A stretch of 64,000 nucleotides of DNA from an uncultured Acidobacteriota bacterium (GTDB taxonomy: Bacteria; Acidobacteriota; Terriglobia; Terriglobales; Acidobacteriaceae). Every line of letters starts with the position of its first letter. Within the stretch, counting starts at the first letter, position 1. Location of the stretch: positions 81,504-145,503 of the forward strand of contig CAVYBV010000003.1 of the NCBI GenBank assembly GCA_963766785.1, given 5' to 3'. Below, one piece after another: positions 8,769 through 16,822 of the stretch. The notes under the pieces were generated by a model. It was not told the origin of the DNA, did not search any database, and saw only the letters and a program-made list of their open reading frames with translations. Both the position numbers and the translations under genes were made by a program.

Positions 8769-9722
8769 ATGGTGGTTGACAATCACGCTCTTCCTCAGCT
8801 ACGCACGGCAAGCGACATCACCCACCTTGTCGGCAACACGCCGATGCTCCAATTGACAAGGCTCTGGCCCGAGCCCGGCGCGCAAATCTTCGTCAAGCTT
8901 GAATTCCTCAACCCCGGCGGCTCCATCAAAGACCGCGCGGCGTTGGGAATGATCCTCGACGCCGAATCGCGCGGCCTGCTCAGCCCCGGGTGCACCATTC
9001 TTGAAGCCACCGCCGGCAATACCGGCGTCGGCCTGGCGCTGATCGGCGTCAACCGCGGCTACAAGGTCAAGCTCTTCGTTCCCGAGGGATTCGCCGAAGA
9101 AAAATGCATTCTCATGCGCGGCTTCGGCGCCGAAGTCATCCGCACGCCCGAAGCGGAGGGCATGGCCGGCGCCATTCGCCGCGCCAATGAAGCCGCCGCC
9201 TCCATCCCCGGCTCGTTCATGGCCGGGCAGTTCTCCAACCAGGCCAACCCCAAGTTTCACCACGACACCACTGCCGCCGAAATCTGGGAGCAGCTCGATG
9301 GCCGCATCGACGCCTTCATCTGCGGCGTGGGCACCGGCGGCACCTTCTCCGGCATCGCCCGCTTCCTCAAGGAGCGCAACCCCCGCGTCCTCACTGTGGC
9401 CGTCGAAACCGAAGGCTCCATTCTCCAGGGCGGTGAGCCCGGCAAGCACCGCGTCGAGGGCATCGGCGTCAGCTTTATCCCGGAAACTTTTCATCGCGAT
9501 GTCTGCGATCGTGTGGTGATGGTCAAGGACGACGACGCCTTCGCCATGGTAAAGCGTCTGGCCGCCGAGGAAGGCGTCGTGGCCGGCTCAAGCTCCGGCG
9601 CCAACGTCTATGCCGCACTCGAAATCGCCCGCGAGCTCGGACCCGGCAAGCGCATTGCCACGATTATTCCGGATTCAGCAGAGCGGTATCTGTCGAAGAA
9701 AATATTCGATGGCGGAGCGTGA
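8769..9722 (+). CDS. PLP-dependent cysteine synthase / cystathionine beta-synthase family protein (CysK/MccA-like)
   Basis: Start at the ATG at 8769 (MVVDNH...HLVGNTPMLQL). PLP-lysine region LNPGGSIKDR and glycine loop GVGTGGTFSG. Confidence 0.9.
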   Translation: MVVDNHALPQLRTASDITHLVGNTPMLQLTRLWPEPGAQIFVKLEFLNPGGSIKDRAALGMILDAESRGLLSPGCTILEATAGNTGVGLALIGVNRGYKVKLFVPEGFAEEKCILMRGFGAEVIRTPEAEGMAGAIRRANEAAASIPGSFMAGQFSNQANPKFHHDTTAAEIWEQLDGRIDAFICGVGTGGTFSGIARFLKERNPRVLTVAVETEGSILQGGEPGKHRVEGIGVSFIPETFHRDVCDRVVMVKDDDAFAMVKRLAAEEGVVAGSSSGANVYAALEIARELGPGKRIATIIPDSAERYLSKKIFDGGA

Positions 9723-9816
9723 CTTGATGCGGCGTTGCGTTCGCTCGCTCATCCCGCGCGGCCGCTTCGTCTCCAACAGCTAAGCTAGTAAGCAGGAGCC
9801 AGCACCAGCAGCTACC

Positions 9817-10965
9817 ATGTCCCAACCCAAGTTCGCCACACTCGCCGTCCACGCCGGACAGCATCCCGACCCGCTCACGGGCGCCGTCAACGTTCCCGTT
9901 TACCTCACTTCGACGTTCGAGCTCACCGGCATCGGCGCCGACAGGGGCTACGACTACTCGCGCGCGGGCAACCCCACCCGCGACCGCCTGGAGCAGGCGC
10001 TGGCCGCGCTTGAAGGCGGAGTCTGCGGGCACGCGTTTGCCTCCGGCATGGCCGCCATCTACGCCCTGGTGGCCACGCTCCACAGCGGCGACCACGTTCT
10101 CTGCTCGCGCAACGTGTACGGCGGGACGACGCGGCTGTTCAACCTGATCGTGCGCAACTACGGCATCGAGATTGAGTACATCGATACTGCGAACCTGGAC
10201 GCTGTTGCCGCCGCCATCCGCCCCGCCACCAAGCTCATCCACATTGAGACGCCGACCAATCCGCTGATGATTCTCACCGACATCGCCGCGGTCTGCCGCA
10301 TCGCCCACGAGCGCGGCGTGGAGGTCAGCGTCGACAACACCTTCATGTCGCCCGCGCTGCAGAGCCCCATTGCCCTCGGCGCCGATATCGTGATGCACTC
10401 CACCACCAAATTCCTCAACGGCCACTCCGACGGCCTGGGCGGCGCGCTGATCGGCACCAAACCCGAGCACAAGGAGCGCTTTTCGCTGGTGCAGAAGGCG
10501 GCGGGCGGCATCCTGTCGCCGTTTGAATGCTTCCTGGTTCTGCGCGGCATAAGGACGTTGCCGCTGCGGATGCGCCAGCACGAAGAAAACGGCCGCGCGG
10601 TAGCGGAGTTTCTCTCGACGCAGCCCAAGGTCAGCCGGCTCAACTATCCCGGCCTCAAGTGGCACCCGCAACACGAGCTGGCCGTCCTCCAGCAGCGCGG
10701 CTTCGGTTCCATGCTCAGCTTCGACCTCGGCTCCCGCGCCGCCGCCGGCCGCTTCCTCCTGGCGCTCAAGTTGTTTTTGAACGCCGAGTCGCTGGGCGGC
10801 GTGGAGTCGCTGGCCTCGCACTCAGCTACCACGACGCATGCGGCCCTCAGCGACGAAGAGCTTGCGCAGGTGGGCATTACCGAGGGCCTGGTTCGGCTCT
10901 CGGTCGGGATTGAGGACAAAGAAGATTTGATCGCGGACCTGGAGCAGGCGCTGAGAGCGGTTTAG
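9817..10965 (+). CDS. Cys/Met-metabolism PLP enzyme (cystathionine gamma-lyase / gamma-synthase family)
   Basis: 382-aa ORF with YSRAGNPTR, PLP-lysine motif HSTTKFLNGHSD and C-terminal RLSVGIED. Confidence 0.9.
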   Translation: MSQPKFATLAVHAGQHPDPLTGAVNVPVYLTSTFELTGIGADRGYDYSRAGNPTRDRLEQALAALEGGVCGHAFASGMAAIYALVATLHSGDHVLCSRNVYGGTTRLFNLIVRNYGIEIEYIDTANLDAVAAAIRPATKLIHIETPTNPLMILTDIAAVCRIAHERGVEVSVDNTFMSPALQSPIALGADIVMHSTTKFLNGHSDGLGGALIGTKPEHKERFSLVQKAAGGILSPFECFLVLRGIRTLPLRMRQHEENGRAVAEFLSTQPKVSRLNYPGLKWHPQHELAVLQQRGFGSMLSFDLGSRAAAGRFLLALKLFLNAESLGGVESLASHSATTTHAALSDEELAQVGITEGLVRLSVGIEDKEDLIADLEQALRAV

Positions 10966-11002
10966 GGGTACAGCCGGAACCGAGGAGGCGTATCTTAAAA
11001 GC

Positions 11003-11260
11003 GTGGGCTCCGTACGGTTCGCGGGAGTTCGATTTGTTGCTTACCCGCAAGACCATGAGCCCGTGCACGTGCACGGGTTCTATGCGGAGACGGAAGCGAT
11101 TGTCGAGTTCCGCGAGGGCCGGCGGGAAGTGGCTCTGGCCGGCCGGAACGACGCCCTTCGGCCGCACAATGCCAGCCGTCGAGACGTGCGTCATATCTTG
11201 GAAGTGGCGGCAAATCATTTCGACGAATTGGTCGAACTTTGGAGAAGCGCACATGCCTGA
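11003..11260 (+). CDS. DUF4160 domain-containing protein
   Basis: 85-aa ORF with a GTG start. The pattern RFVAYPQDHEPVHVHGFY...EAIVEF resembles the DUF4160 core (His-rich HxH strand). Confidence 0.7.
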   Translation: MGSVRFAGVRFVAYPQDHEPVHVHGFYAETEAIVEFREGRREVALAGRNDALRPHNASRRDVRHILEVAANHFDELVELWRSAHA

Positions 11261-11621
11261 ACCGGCAAGAGTAGTAGCGACGGACGCCGAGATAGAAGCG
11301 GGAATCCGGCAGGCTCGCGTGCTCTCGAAATACGACCAACGCGTAGCGCGGGCAAGCTACTCGGCAAGGAATCGCCGCTTGTCGCTGCGCATGGAGAACG
11401 GCACACTCCTCACCATTCCAATCAAGCTGCTTCAGGGCCTCTCTGAAGCATCGCCCTCTGAGCTAAGCCGGATTGAACTGTTGGGCCACGGAACGGGCCT
11501 GTATTGGCCCGCCCTCGACGTCGCACACTTGGTTTCAGGGCTGCTTGCCGGAGTCTACGGCTCCGCGAAATGGATGAGGGAGTTGGAGGGGCAGTCCGAG
11601 CCGAAACGAATTCCCGCCTAG
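11253..11621 (+). CDS. DUF2442 domain-containing protein
   Basis: The ATG at 11253 lies inside track ORF 11034..11621 and overlaps the DUF4160 stop by 8 nt. ...LSLRMENGTLLTIPIKLLQGL...GTGLYWPALDVAHLVSGLLAG matches the DUF2442 pattern. Confidence 0.7.
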   Translation: MPEPARVVATDAEIEAGIRQARVLSKYDQRVARASYSARNRRLSLRMENGTLLTIPIKLLQGLSEASPSELSRIELLGHGTGLYWPALDVAHLVSGLLAGVYGSAKWMRELEGQSEPKRIPA

Positions 11622-11726
11622 ACCTCAGCGCCCCGCCGCCGTCGCGGCCATCTTTTTCGACCGGTGCATAAGGACGGCGTCGGCCGGGCTTTGTTCCGCC
11701 GCGGCGCCATGTCATGCTGAAGGGGA

Positions 11727-12428
11727 ATGAGTGAACCGCCGCAACCCGTGAAGAGCCTGCTGGCGCTGGGCATCGACACCTGCGGGCCTTCGGGCTCCGT
11801 CGCGCTGGCCCACTTGGCCGACTCCGGCGTGCACATTCTGGGCGAAACGCCCCTCGAAGGGCGCACCTACTCCGCCACGCTGGTGGCTGCTGTTGCAGCG
11901 CTGCTCAAGTCAGAGAATGTTCGGCTGGGCGAGATTGGCGCGCTCGTCGTAGTCAACGGCCCGGGGAGCTTTACCGGCGTCCGCGTTGGAGTGAGCGCCG
12001 TCAAGGGGCTGGCCGAGGGCGCCGGGCTGCGCGTGATTGCGTTGAGCCGGCTGGCGGTGCTGGCGGACAAGGCCGGAGTGGCGAATGCCGCCCTGGATGC
12101 GCATCGGCACGAGGTTTACCTGCGCCTGGGCGAACAGGAACGGCTGGCGGGAGCCGAAGACCTGGCCAGCCTGGCGCCACCCGCGCGGGTGGCCGTGTGT
12201 GACGACGGCGCGGAAGCCCTTCTGGCCGCGGCATGGACTGGGGCCGATCTGGTCCGGGTTGCCGCGCCAACTGCATCCGACGCGCTCCGCCTTGCCACGG
12301 CACGCATGGCCGCGGGTGATTTCGACGACGTGGTTCTCCTCGACGGGCATTACCTGCGCCGCTCCGACGCCGAGATCTTCGGCGAGAAGGGCCGGCCGGC
12401 GGAATCCTGCGGGAGCCCCGGCCGGTGA
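11727..12428 (+). CDS. tsaB: tRNA N6-threonylcarbamoyladenosine biosynthesis protein TsaB
   Basis: 233-aa ORF with LGIDTCGPSGSVAL and VVNGPGSFTGVRVGVS motifs. It is followed by rimI, as is common. Confidence 0.85.
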   Translation: MSEPPQPVKSLLALGIDTCGPSGSVALAHLADSGVHILGETPLEGRTYSATLVAAVAALLKSENVRLGEIGALVVVNGPGSFTGVRVGVSAVKGLAEGAGLRVIALSRLAVLADKAGVANAALDAHRHEVYLRLGEQERLAGAEDLASLAPPARVAVCDDGAEALLAAAWTGADLVRVAAPTASDALRLATARMAAGDFDDVVLLDGHYLRRSDAEIFGEKGRPAESCGSPGR

Positions 12429-12892
12429 ACACCGAGCTTCGCATCCGGTCCATGACGCCGGCGGACATTCCCGCCGTGGCCGCGTTGGCTGAGTCCCTCC
12501 CGGCCGCGCCGCACTGGCCCCAAAGCACGTACGAGTTCGCGCTGAACCCAGCCAGCCAGCCGGAGCGGATTGCGTTGCTGGCCGAAGGCCCTGACGGGAC
12601 ACTGGCCGGCTTTGCCATCGCTTCCATTGCCAGTGCTGAAGCCGAGCTCGAATCCACCGCCGTTGCGACCCGTTTCCAGCGCCAGGGCGTCGCCGGCAGC
12701 CTGTTCCGCCGCCTGGCCACTCTGCTCCGCGAGCGGGCTGTCCAAACGGTCTTTCTGGAGGTCCGCGCCTCAAGCAAGCCGGCCCGCGGGCTCTACGCTG
12801 GACTGGGTTTTGCGGAATCGGGACGCCGGAAGGGCTATTATGCCGATCCCGCTGAAGACGCCGTTATTTTTCGCCTTGAGATCGGTTGCTAG
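12425..12892 (+). CDS. rimI: ribosomal-protein-alanine N-acetyltransferase (GNAT)
   Basis: 155-aa ORF whose GTG start overlaps the tsaB stop (GTGA). GNAT acetyl-CoA motif RFQRQGVAGSLF, and ...LEVRASSKPARGLYAGLGF. Confidence 0.85.
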   Translation: MNTELRIRSMTPADIPAVAALAESLPAAPHWPQSTYEFALNPASQPERIALLAEGPDGTLAGFAIASIASAEAELESTAVATRFQRQGVAGSLFRRLATLLRERAVQTVFLEVRASSKPARGLYAGLGFAESGRRKGYYADPAEDAVIFRLEIGC

Positions 12893-13024
12893 AGCAAATC
12901 TCGTGACCTGATTTGCATCACTTCCGTGGCGATTCCGCCCAAAAATCCACGCCTCAGCCGATTTTGCCCTGCATTCCCGCTTGCCAACTCCCCCACCTCG
13001 GAGCTATTTGTTAATGTTCGGGAA

Positions 13025-13246
13025 ATGATGGAGGGCAAGATGGACGAAAATCAAAATCCGCTGAGCGAAGAAATAGATCGCCTGCACGCCGAACACCGTC
13101 GCTACGCTCAGCGGTTGGATCAGTTGATTCAGAAACCTTATCTTTCGGATGACGAACAGCTCGAAGAGGTTCGGCTGAAAAAGCTGAAACTCCATGCCAA
13201 GGACCTCATCTACGCCCTGGAGCGCCGGCAGGCGGTGGTGGCGTAG
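13025..13246 (+). CDS. DUF465 (YdcH-like) small coiled-coil protein
   Basis: The C-terminal 70 aa of track ORF 12926..13246, ...EEIDRLHAEHRRYAQRLDQLIQKPYLSDDEQLEEVRLKKLKLHAKD, fit the DUF465 pattern. The start is ambiguous (ATG at 13025, 13028 or 13040). Confidence 0.6.
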   Translation: MMEGKMDENQNPLSEEIDRLHAEHRRYAQRLDQLIQKPYLSDDEQLEEVRLKKLKLHAKDLIYALERRQAVVA

Positions 13247-13397
13247 CTCCGCTTGAACGCGGAAGAAGACAAAGGTCGAGACGGAGCGGCGCAATCCAGC
13301 CCCTGCACGGCAAGTGTGTCTCCTCCCCGCTCTTATCCAGCGCCAACAACCGTATAATTGATAGAGCCTGCCGCGCAGATTTCCGTCTCTGGACCTG

Positions 13398-14114
13398 GTG
13401 CGGAGGCTCATCCATGCGATGGTGCGTGACGGGTACATCTACGGTTTCAGCCTGGCGGCAATCGCCGCCTTGCTGGTGTGGGTAACGCGCAGCGGTTGGT
13501 GGGCCATTCCGCCGCTGGTTCTGGCCGCATTCTTCCTCTGGTTTTTCCGCGATCCCGAGCGCGCCGTTGCCTCCGACCCGGGGCTGATTGTCTCTCCCGG
13601 CGACGGCCTGGTAACGGAAACCATCGCGCTCTCCACGCCTGACGGCCCCCGCCAGCGCATCAGCATCTTCCTGAGCGTCTTTGACGTGCACGTGAACCGC
13701 GCGCCCATTGCCGGGGTCCTCAGCAGGGTGCGCTATCAAAAGGGCAAATACCTGAACGCGATGAACCCCGCCAGCGCCGAGCGCAACGAACAAAACATCG
13801 TGACCATGCGAGGCGAAGGCATCGAGGTGACGTTCAAGCAGATTGCAGGGCTGCTGGCGCGGCGGATTGTGTTCCCTTTCCGGGAGGGCGACCGCGTGGA
13901 ACGCGGCCAGCGCGTGGGCCTGATCAAGTTCGGCTCCAGGGTTGACGTACTGATCCCCGCCGAAGCCGAGCTGGAGGTCAAGGTCGGGCAGCGGGTCAAG
14001 GGAGGCTCGAGCGTCCTCGCCGTCATGATGGACGGCGCCGCTGCCGGCGTGGGTCCCGAGCGTCTGCGCTCCTTGAGCGCCCATGCCGAGCCGGAAGAAG
14101 GAGAACTGCGGTGA
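13398..14114 (+). CDS. psd: phosphatidylserine decarboxylase proenzyme (short form)
   Basis: 238-aa ORF (alternative start at 13419). N-terminal TM segments, and the self-cleavage motif FGSRVD near the C-terminus. Confidence 0.9.
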   Translation: MRRLIHAMVRDGYIYGFSLAAIAALLVWVTRSGWWAIPPLVLAAFFLWFFRDPERAVASDPGLIVSPGDGLVTETIALSTPDGPRQRISIFLSVFDVHVNRAPIAGVLSRVRYQKGKYLNAMNPASAERNEQNIVTMRGEGIEVTFKQIAGLLARRIVFPFREGDRVERGQRVGLIKFGSRVDVLIPAEAELEVKVGQRVKGGSSVLAVMMDGAAAGVGPERLRSLSAHAEPEEGELR

Positions 14115-14998
14115 ACGGGCAGGATGCGCGAACGCGGGCACAGGCGAGGGCGCGGTTGCGCCGGGGCATGTTCCTGCTGCCCTCGCTCTTCACTGTGGGC
14201 AACATCGCCCTGGGCTACTTCTCCATTGCCCAGGCCATCGCCGCCATTGGCGCCAACGCCAACGCGCAGGCCCACCTCGACCTCGCCTCCCTGGCCATCC
14301 TTTTCGCCATCCCCTTTGACGCGCTCGACGGCCGCATCGCGCGCATGACCAACACCACCAGCGAATTCGGCAAAGAGCTCGATTCGCTGGCCGACATCAT
14401 CACCTTCGGCGTCGCTCCCAGCCTGCTCGCCTTCATCTGGGGATTCCAGTTCCTTCCCGGTTCAGAGAATCCCCTGCTGCGGGAAAATCTCCGGCACCTG
14501 GGGCCGTTTGTCTGTTTCCTGTTTCTCATCGGCGGCGCAGCCCGCCTGGCGCGCTTCAACATCAGCTATAATCCCGTGCCGCGCAACCCCGGCCGCCCTG
14601 ACCGCAAGTATTTTGTGGGCATGCCCATTCCCGCCGCAGCCGGCATGGTGGCTGCCACCGTGCATTTCTTCAGCGGCATTCCCATTCAGGCCTGGTGGGT
14701 CGCCATCATCTGGCTGGTCCTGGTCGGCGCCTGCGGCTACCTCATGATCAGCACCTGGCGCTTCTGGTCGGGCAAGGAGATCAGCTTCTCCCGCAGCCAT
14801 CCCTCCCAGATCCTCCTGCTGCTGGCCATCATGCTGTTTCTGATGGTGCGCTACTCCCAGTTCGTGCTGTTTGCGTTCGCGCTCGTGTACATGTTCTCCG
14901 GGGTCTGGGCGCGGGCGGCATATTCCTGGTCGCGGCGGCGGCGCAACCGTCCACCGCCGGCGCTTCACTCGAGGGACGCGGATCCGCGAACCCTCTAA
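14111..14998 (+). CDS. pssA: CDP-diacylglycerol--serine O-phosphatidyltransferase
   Basis: The GTG start overlaps the psd stop (GTGA). CDP-alcohol phosphatidyltransferase motif [26 protein letters not shown]. Polytopic membrane protein. Confidence 0.9.
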   Translation: MNGQDARTRAQARARLRRGMFLLPSLFTVGNIALGYFSIAQAIAAIGANANAQAHLDLASLAILFAIPFDALDGRIARMTNTTSEFGKELDSLADIITFGVAPSLLAFIWGFQFLPGSENPLLRENLRHLGPFVCFLFLIGGAARLARFNISYNPVPRNPGRPDRKYFVGMPIPAAAGMVAATVHFFSGIPIQAWWVAIIWLVLVGACGYLMISTWRFWSGKEISFSRSHPSQILLLLAIMLFLMVRYSQFVLFAFALVYMFSGVWARAAYSWSRRRRNRPPPALHSRDADPRTL

Positions 14999-15020
14999 CC
15001 TGCTGCATTGAAGGAAGCCT

Positions 15021-16085
15021 GTGTACCGCATTGCAATTACCGGCGCTTCGACCCTGCTGGGCAAGGAGCTGAAGGACGTCATCGGAGAATCGCCCCTGGC
15101 CTCGGCCACGTTCACGCTACTGGACGACGAGCCGGCGCAAGGCCAGCTCGACCAGGTGGGCGACGAGATCACCTTCATCCAGCCCATCCTCGCCGACACC
15201 TGGGACAAGGTTGACTTTGCCTTCTTCTGCGGCTCGCGGGAGATGACCCTGAAGCACTGGAAAAACGCGCTTCGCGCCGGCTCAACCGTCATCGATCTTT
15301 CCGGCGCGCTCGATGCCGAGCCGGGCGTAATTGTCCGCGCGCCCTGGCTGGAAACTGAGGCCTCTGCGGAGGATCTGCTGACGCCTGCCATCGTCCCCGC
15401 GCATCCGGCGGCGCTGGCCCTGGCCCTGCTCCTCGGCCGACTTCAGCAAGCTGCGCCGGTGCGCACCGCTGCCGTTACCATGCTTGCGCCGGCCAGCGAA
15501 TTCGGACAAAGCGCCATGGATGAGCTGCACCAGCAGACCGTGAGCCTCCTCAGTTTCCAGGCCATGCCTCGCGCCATCTACGACGCCCAGGCGGCCTACA
15601 ACCTGCTTTGCGGCATGGGCGAGAGCGCCCGGGCCGGCCTGCCTGAGTTGGATGCCCGCATCCGCCACGACTACGCTGCGCTGGGCCGCGGCCGATTGCC
15701 CGCGCTGGCGCTCCAGGTCATCGCCGCGCCCGTCTTCCACGGCCACGCCTTCTCCGTCGCCATCGACCTCGACCGGCCCGTGGAACTTGCCGCCCTTGAA
15801 GAAGCTCTGGGCGGCGAGCACGTTGACCTTGTCCTGGAAGACACGGATTCTCCCTCCAATTTGGCCGCCACCGGGCAAAACGATGTCCTGGTGCGGCTCC
15901 GTCCCGTGCAGCAGGGCCGCAATCCCATGCAATCCTCCCGTTTCTGGCTGTGGGCGGCTTCAGACAATCTGCGCCTCGGGGCCCAGAACGCCGTCGCCTG
16001 CGCCCTCGACCTCCGCCGCCTCCGCCCCCAGGGAACGGTCCAGAAGCGTCCGAATTCGCGGCCGAAGTCGACTCCGCACACTTGA
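15021..16085 (+). CDS. aspartate-semialdehyde dehydrogenase-family protein lacking the catalytic cysteine
   Basis: 354-aa ORF with a Rossmann start IAITGASTLLGKEL. The His region APVFHGHAFSV and the tail LWAASDNLRLGAQNAV resemble Asd. The position of the NPNC(S/T)T nucleophile motif reads IVPAHPAALA, with no Cys. Confidence 0.8.
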   Translation: MYRIAITGASTLLGKELKDVIGESPLASATFTLLDDEPAQGQLDQVGDEITFIQPILADTWDKVDFAFFCGSREMTLKHWKNALRAGSTVIDLSGALDAEPGVIVRAPWLETEASAEDLLTPAIVPAHPAALALALLLGRLQQAAPVRTAAVTMLAPASEFGQSAMDELHQQTVSLLSFQAMPRAIYDAQAAYNLLCGMGESARAGLPELDARIRHDYAALGRGRLPALALQVIAAPVFHGHAFSVAIDLDRPVELAALEEALGGEHVDLVLEDTDSPSNLAATGQNDVLVRLRPVQQGRNPMQSSRFWLWAASDNLRLGAQNAVACALDLRRLRPQGTVQKRPNSRPKSTPHT

Positions 16086-16095
16086 GCATTAACGT

Positions 16096-16812
16096 CTAGG
16101 CGCTCATGCCTTGCCGTCGCCTCGACAGTCGCGTGATGCTCTGGCTGCTCTTGTACCGATCGTGAGACAGACGATTCTTTTCGACCAGTGCGCCCGTGGG
16201 ACACACCTGAACGCATTTCCCGCAGGCGGTGCAACTGGCCGCCGAACCCCACGAGCTGGAAAGGTCGCTCACGATCTGGGAGGCGACTCCGCGGAAGGCA
16301 ACTTCCCATACCCCCGCCCCTTCCACATCGGAACAGGCGCGAATGCAGCGGGTGCAGAGAATGCAGCGGTTGGGGTCAAAGACGAACCGGGGATGGGTCA
16401 TGTCGACGGGCAGAGGCGGCCGGCTGTATTTGTAGCGCACGTGCGCAATTCCCAGCGCCTGCGCCAGCGACTGCAGTTCGCAGGAACCATTGGACACGCA
16501 GACGCTACAGACGTGATTGCGCTCAGAGAGGAGCAGCTCCACGATCATGCGCCGATATTGAGTCAGGGCGGGCGAGTTTGTGCGCAGGGACATGCCGTCC
16601 AGCAAGGGCGTGGTGCAGGCGGGCACCATGCGCTGCGATCCGGCCAGCTCCACCATGCAAACGCGGCACGCTCCGGCGGGCTGGAGGCCTTCCAGGTGGC
16701 ACAGGGTGGGAATATGCCGGTTGTGATCGCGGGCCGCCTCCAGGACGGTTTGGCCCTCCCGGGCGGTGATCAGCTCGCCGTCGAAGCGCACGGAAATGAG
16801 ATTGGGCGGCAC
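16096..16812 (-). CDS. HoxU / NuoG-N-terminal-like iron-sulfur protein ([2Fe-2S] + His-ligated and two Cys4 [4Fe-4S] motifs)
   Basis: Track ORF is 16096..16947. The start is moved to the GTG at 16812, preceded by GAGGA 7 nt upstream and 10 nt after the stop of the upstream gene. Motifs: C-x10-CRVC...C (2Fe-2S), HVCSVCVSNGSC, CILCTRCIRAC, CTACGKCVQVCP. Confidence 0.85.
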   Translation of the reverse strand: MPPNLISVRFDGELITAREGQTVLEAARDHNRHIPTLCHLEGLQPAGACRVCMVELAGSQRMVPACTTPLLDGMSLRTNSPALTQYRRMIVELLLSERNHVCSVCVSNGSCELQSLAQALGIAHVRYKYSRPPLPVDMTHPRFVFDPNRCILCTRCIRACSDVEGAGVWEVAFRGVASQIVSDLSSSWGSAASCTACGKCVQVCPTGALVEKNRLSHDRYKSSQSITRLSRRRQGMSA

Positions 16813-16822
16813 GTTAATGTCC

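Noticed and set aside
6592-10821. Minus-strand ORFs 6592..7692, 7589..8782, 8799..9494 and 9664..10821
   Set aside because: They are antisense to the VWA, CysK-like and Cys/Met PLP genes. They have Gly/Ala/Arg/Val-rich composition and no motifs.
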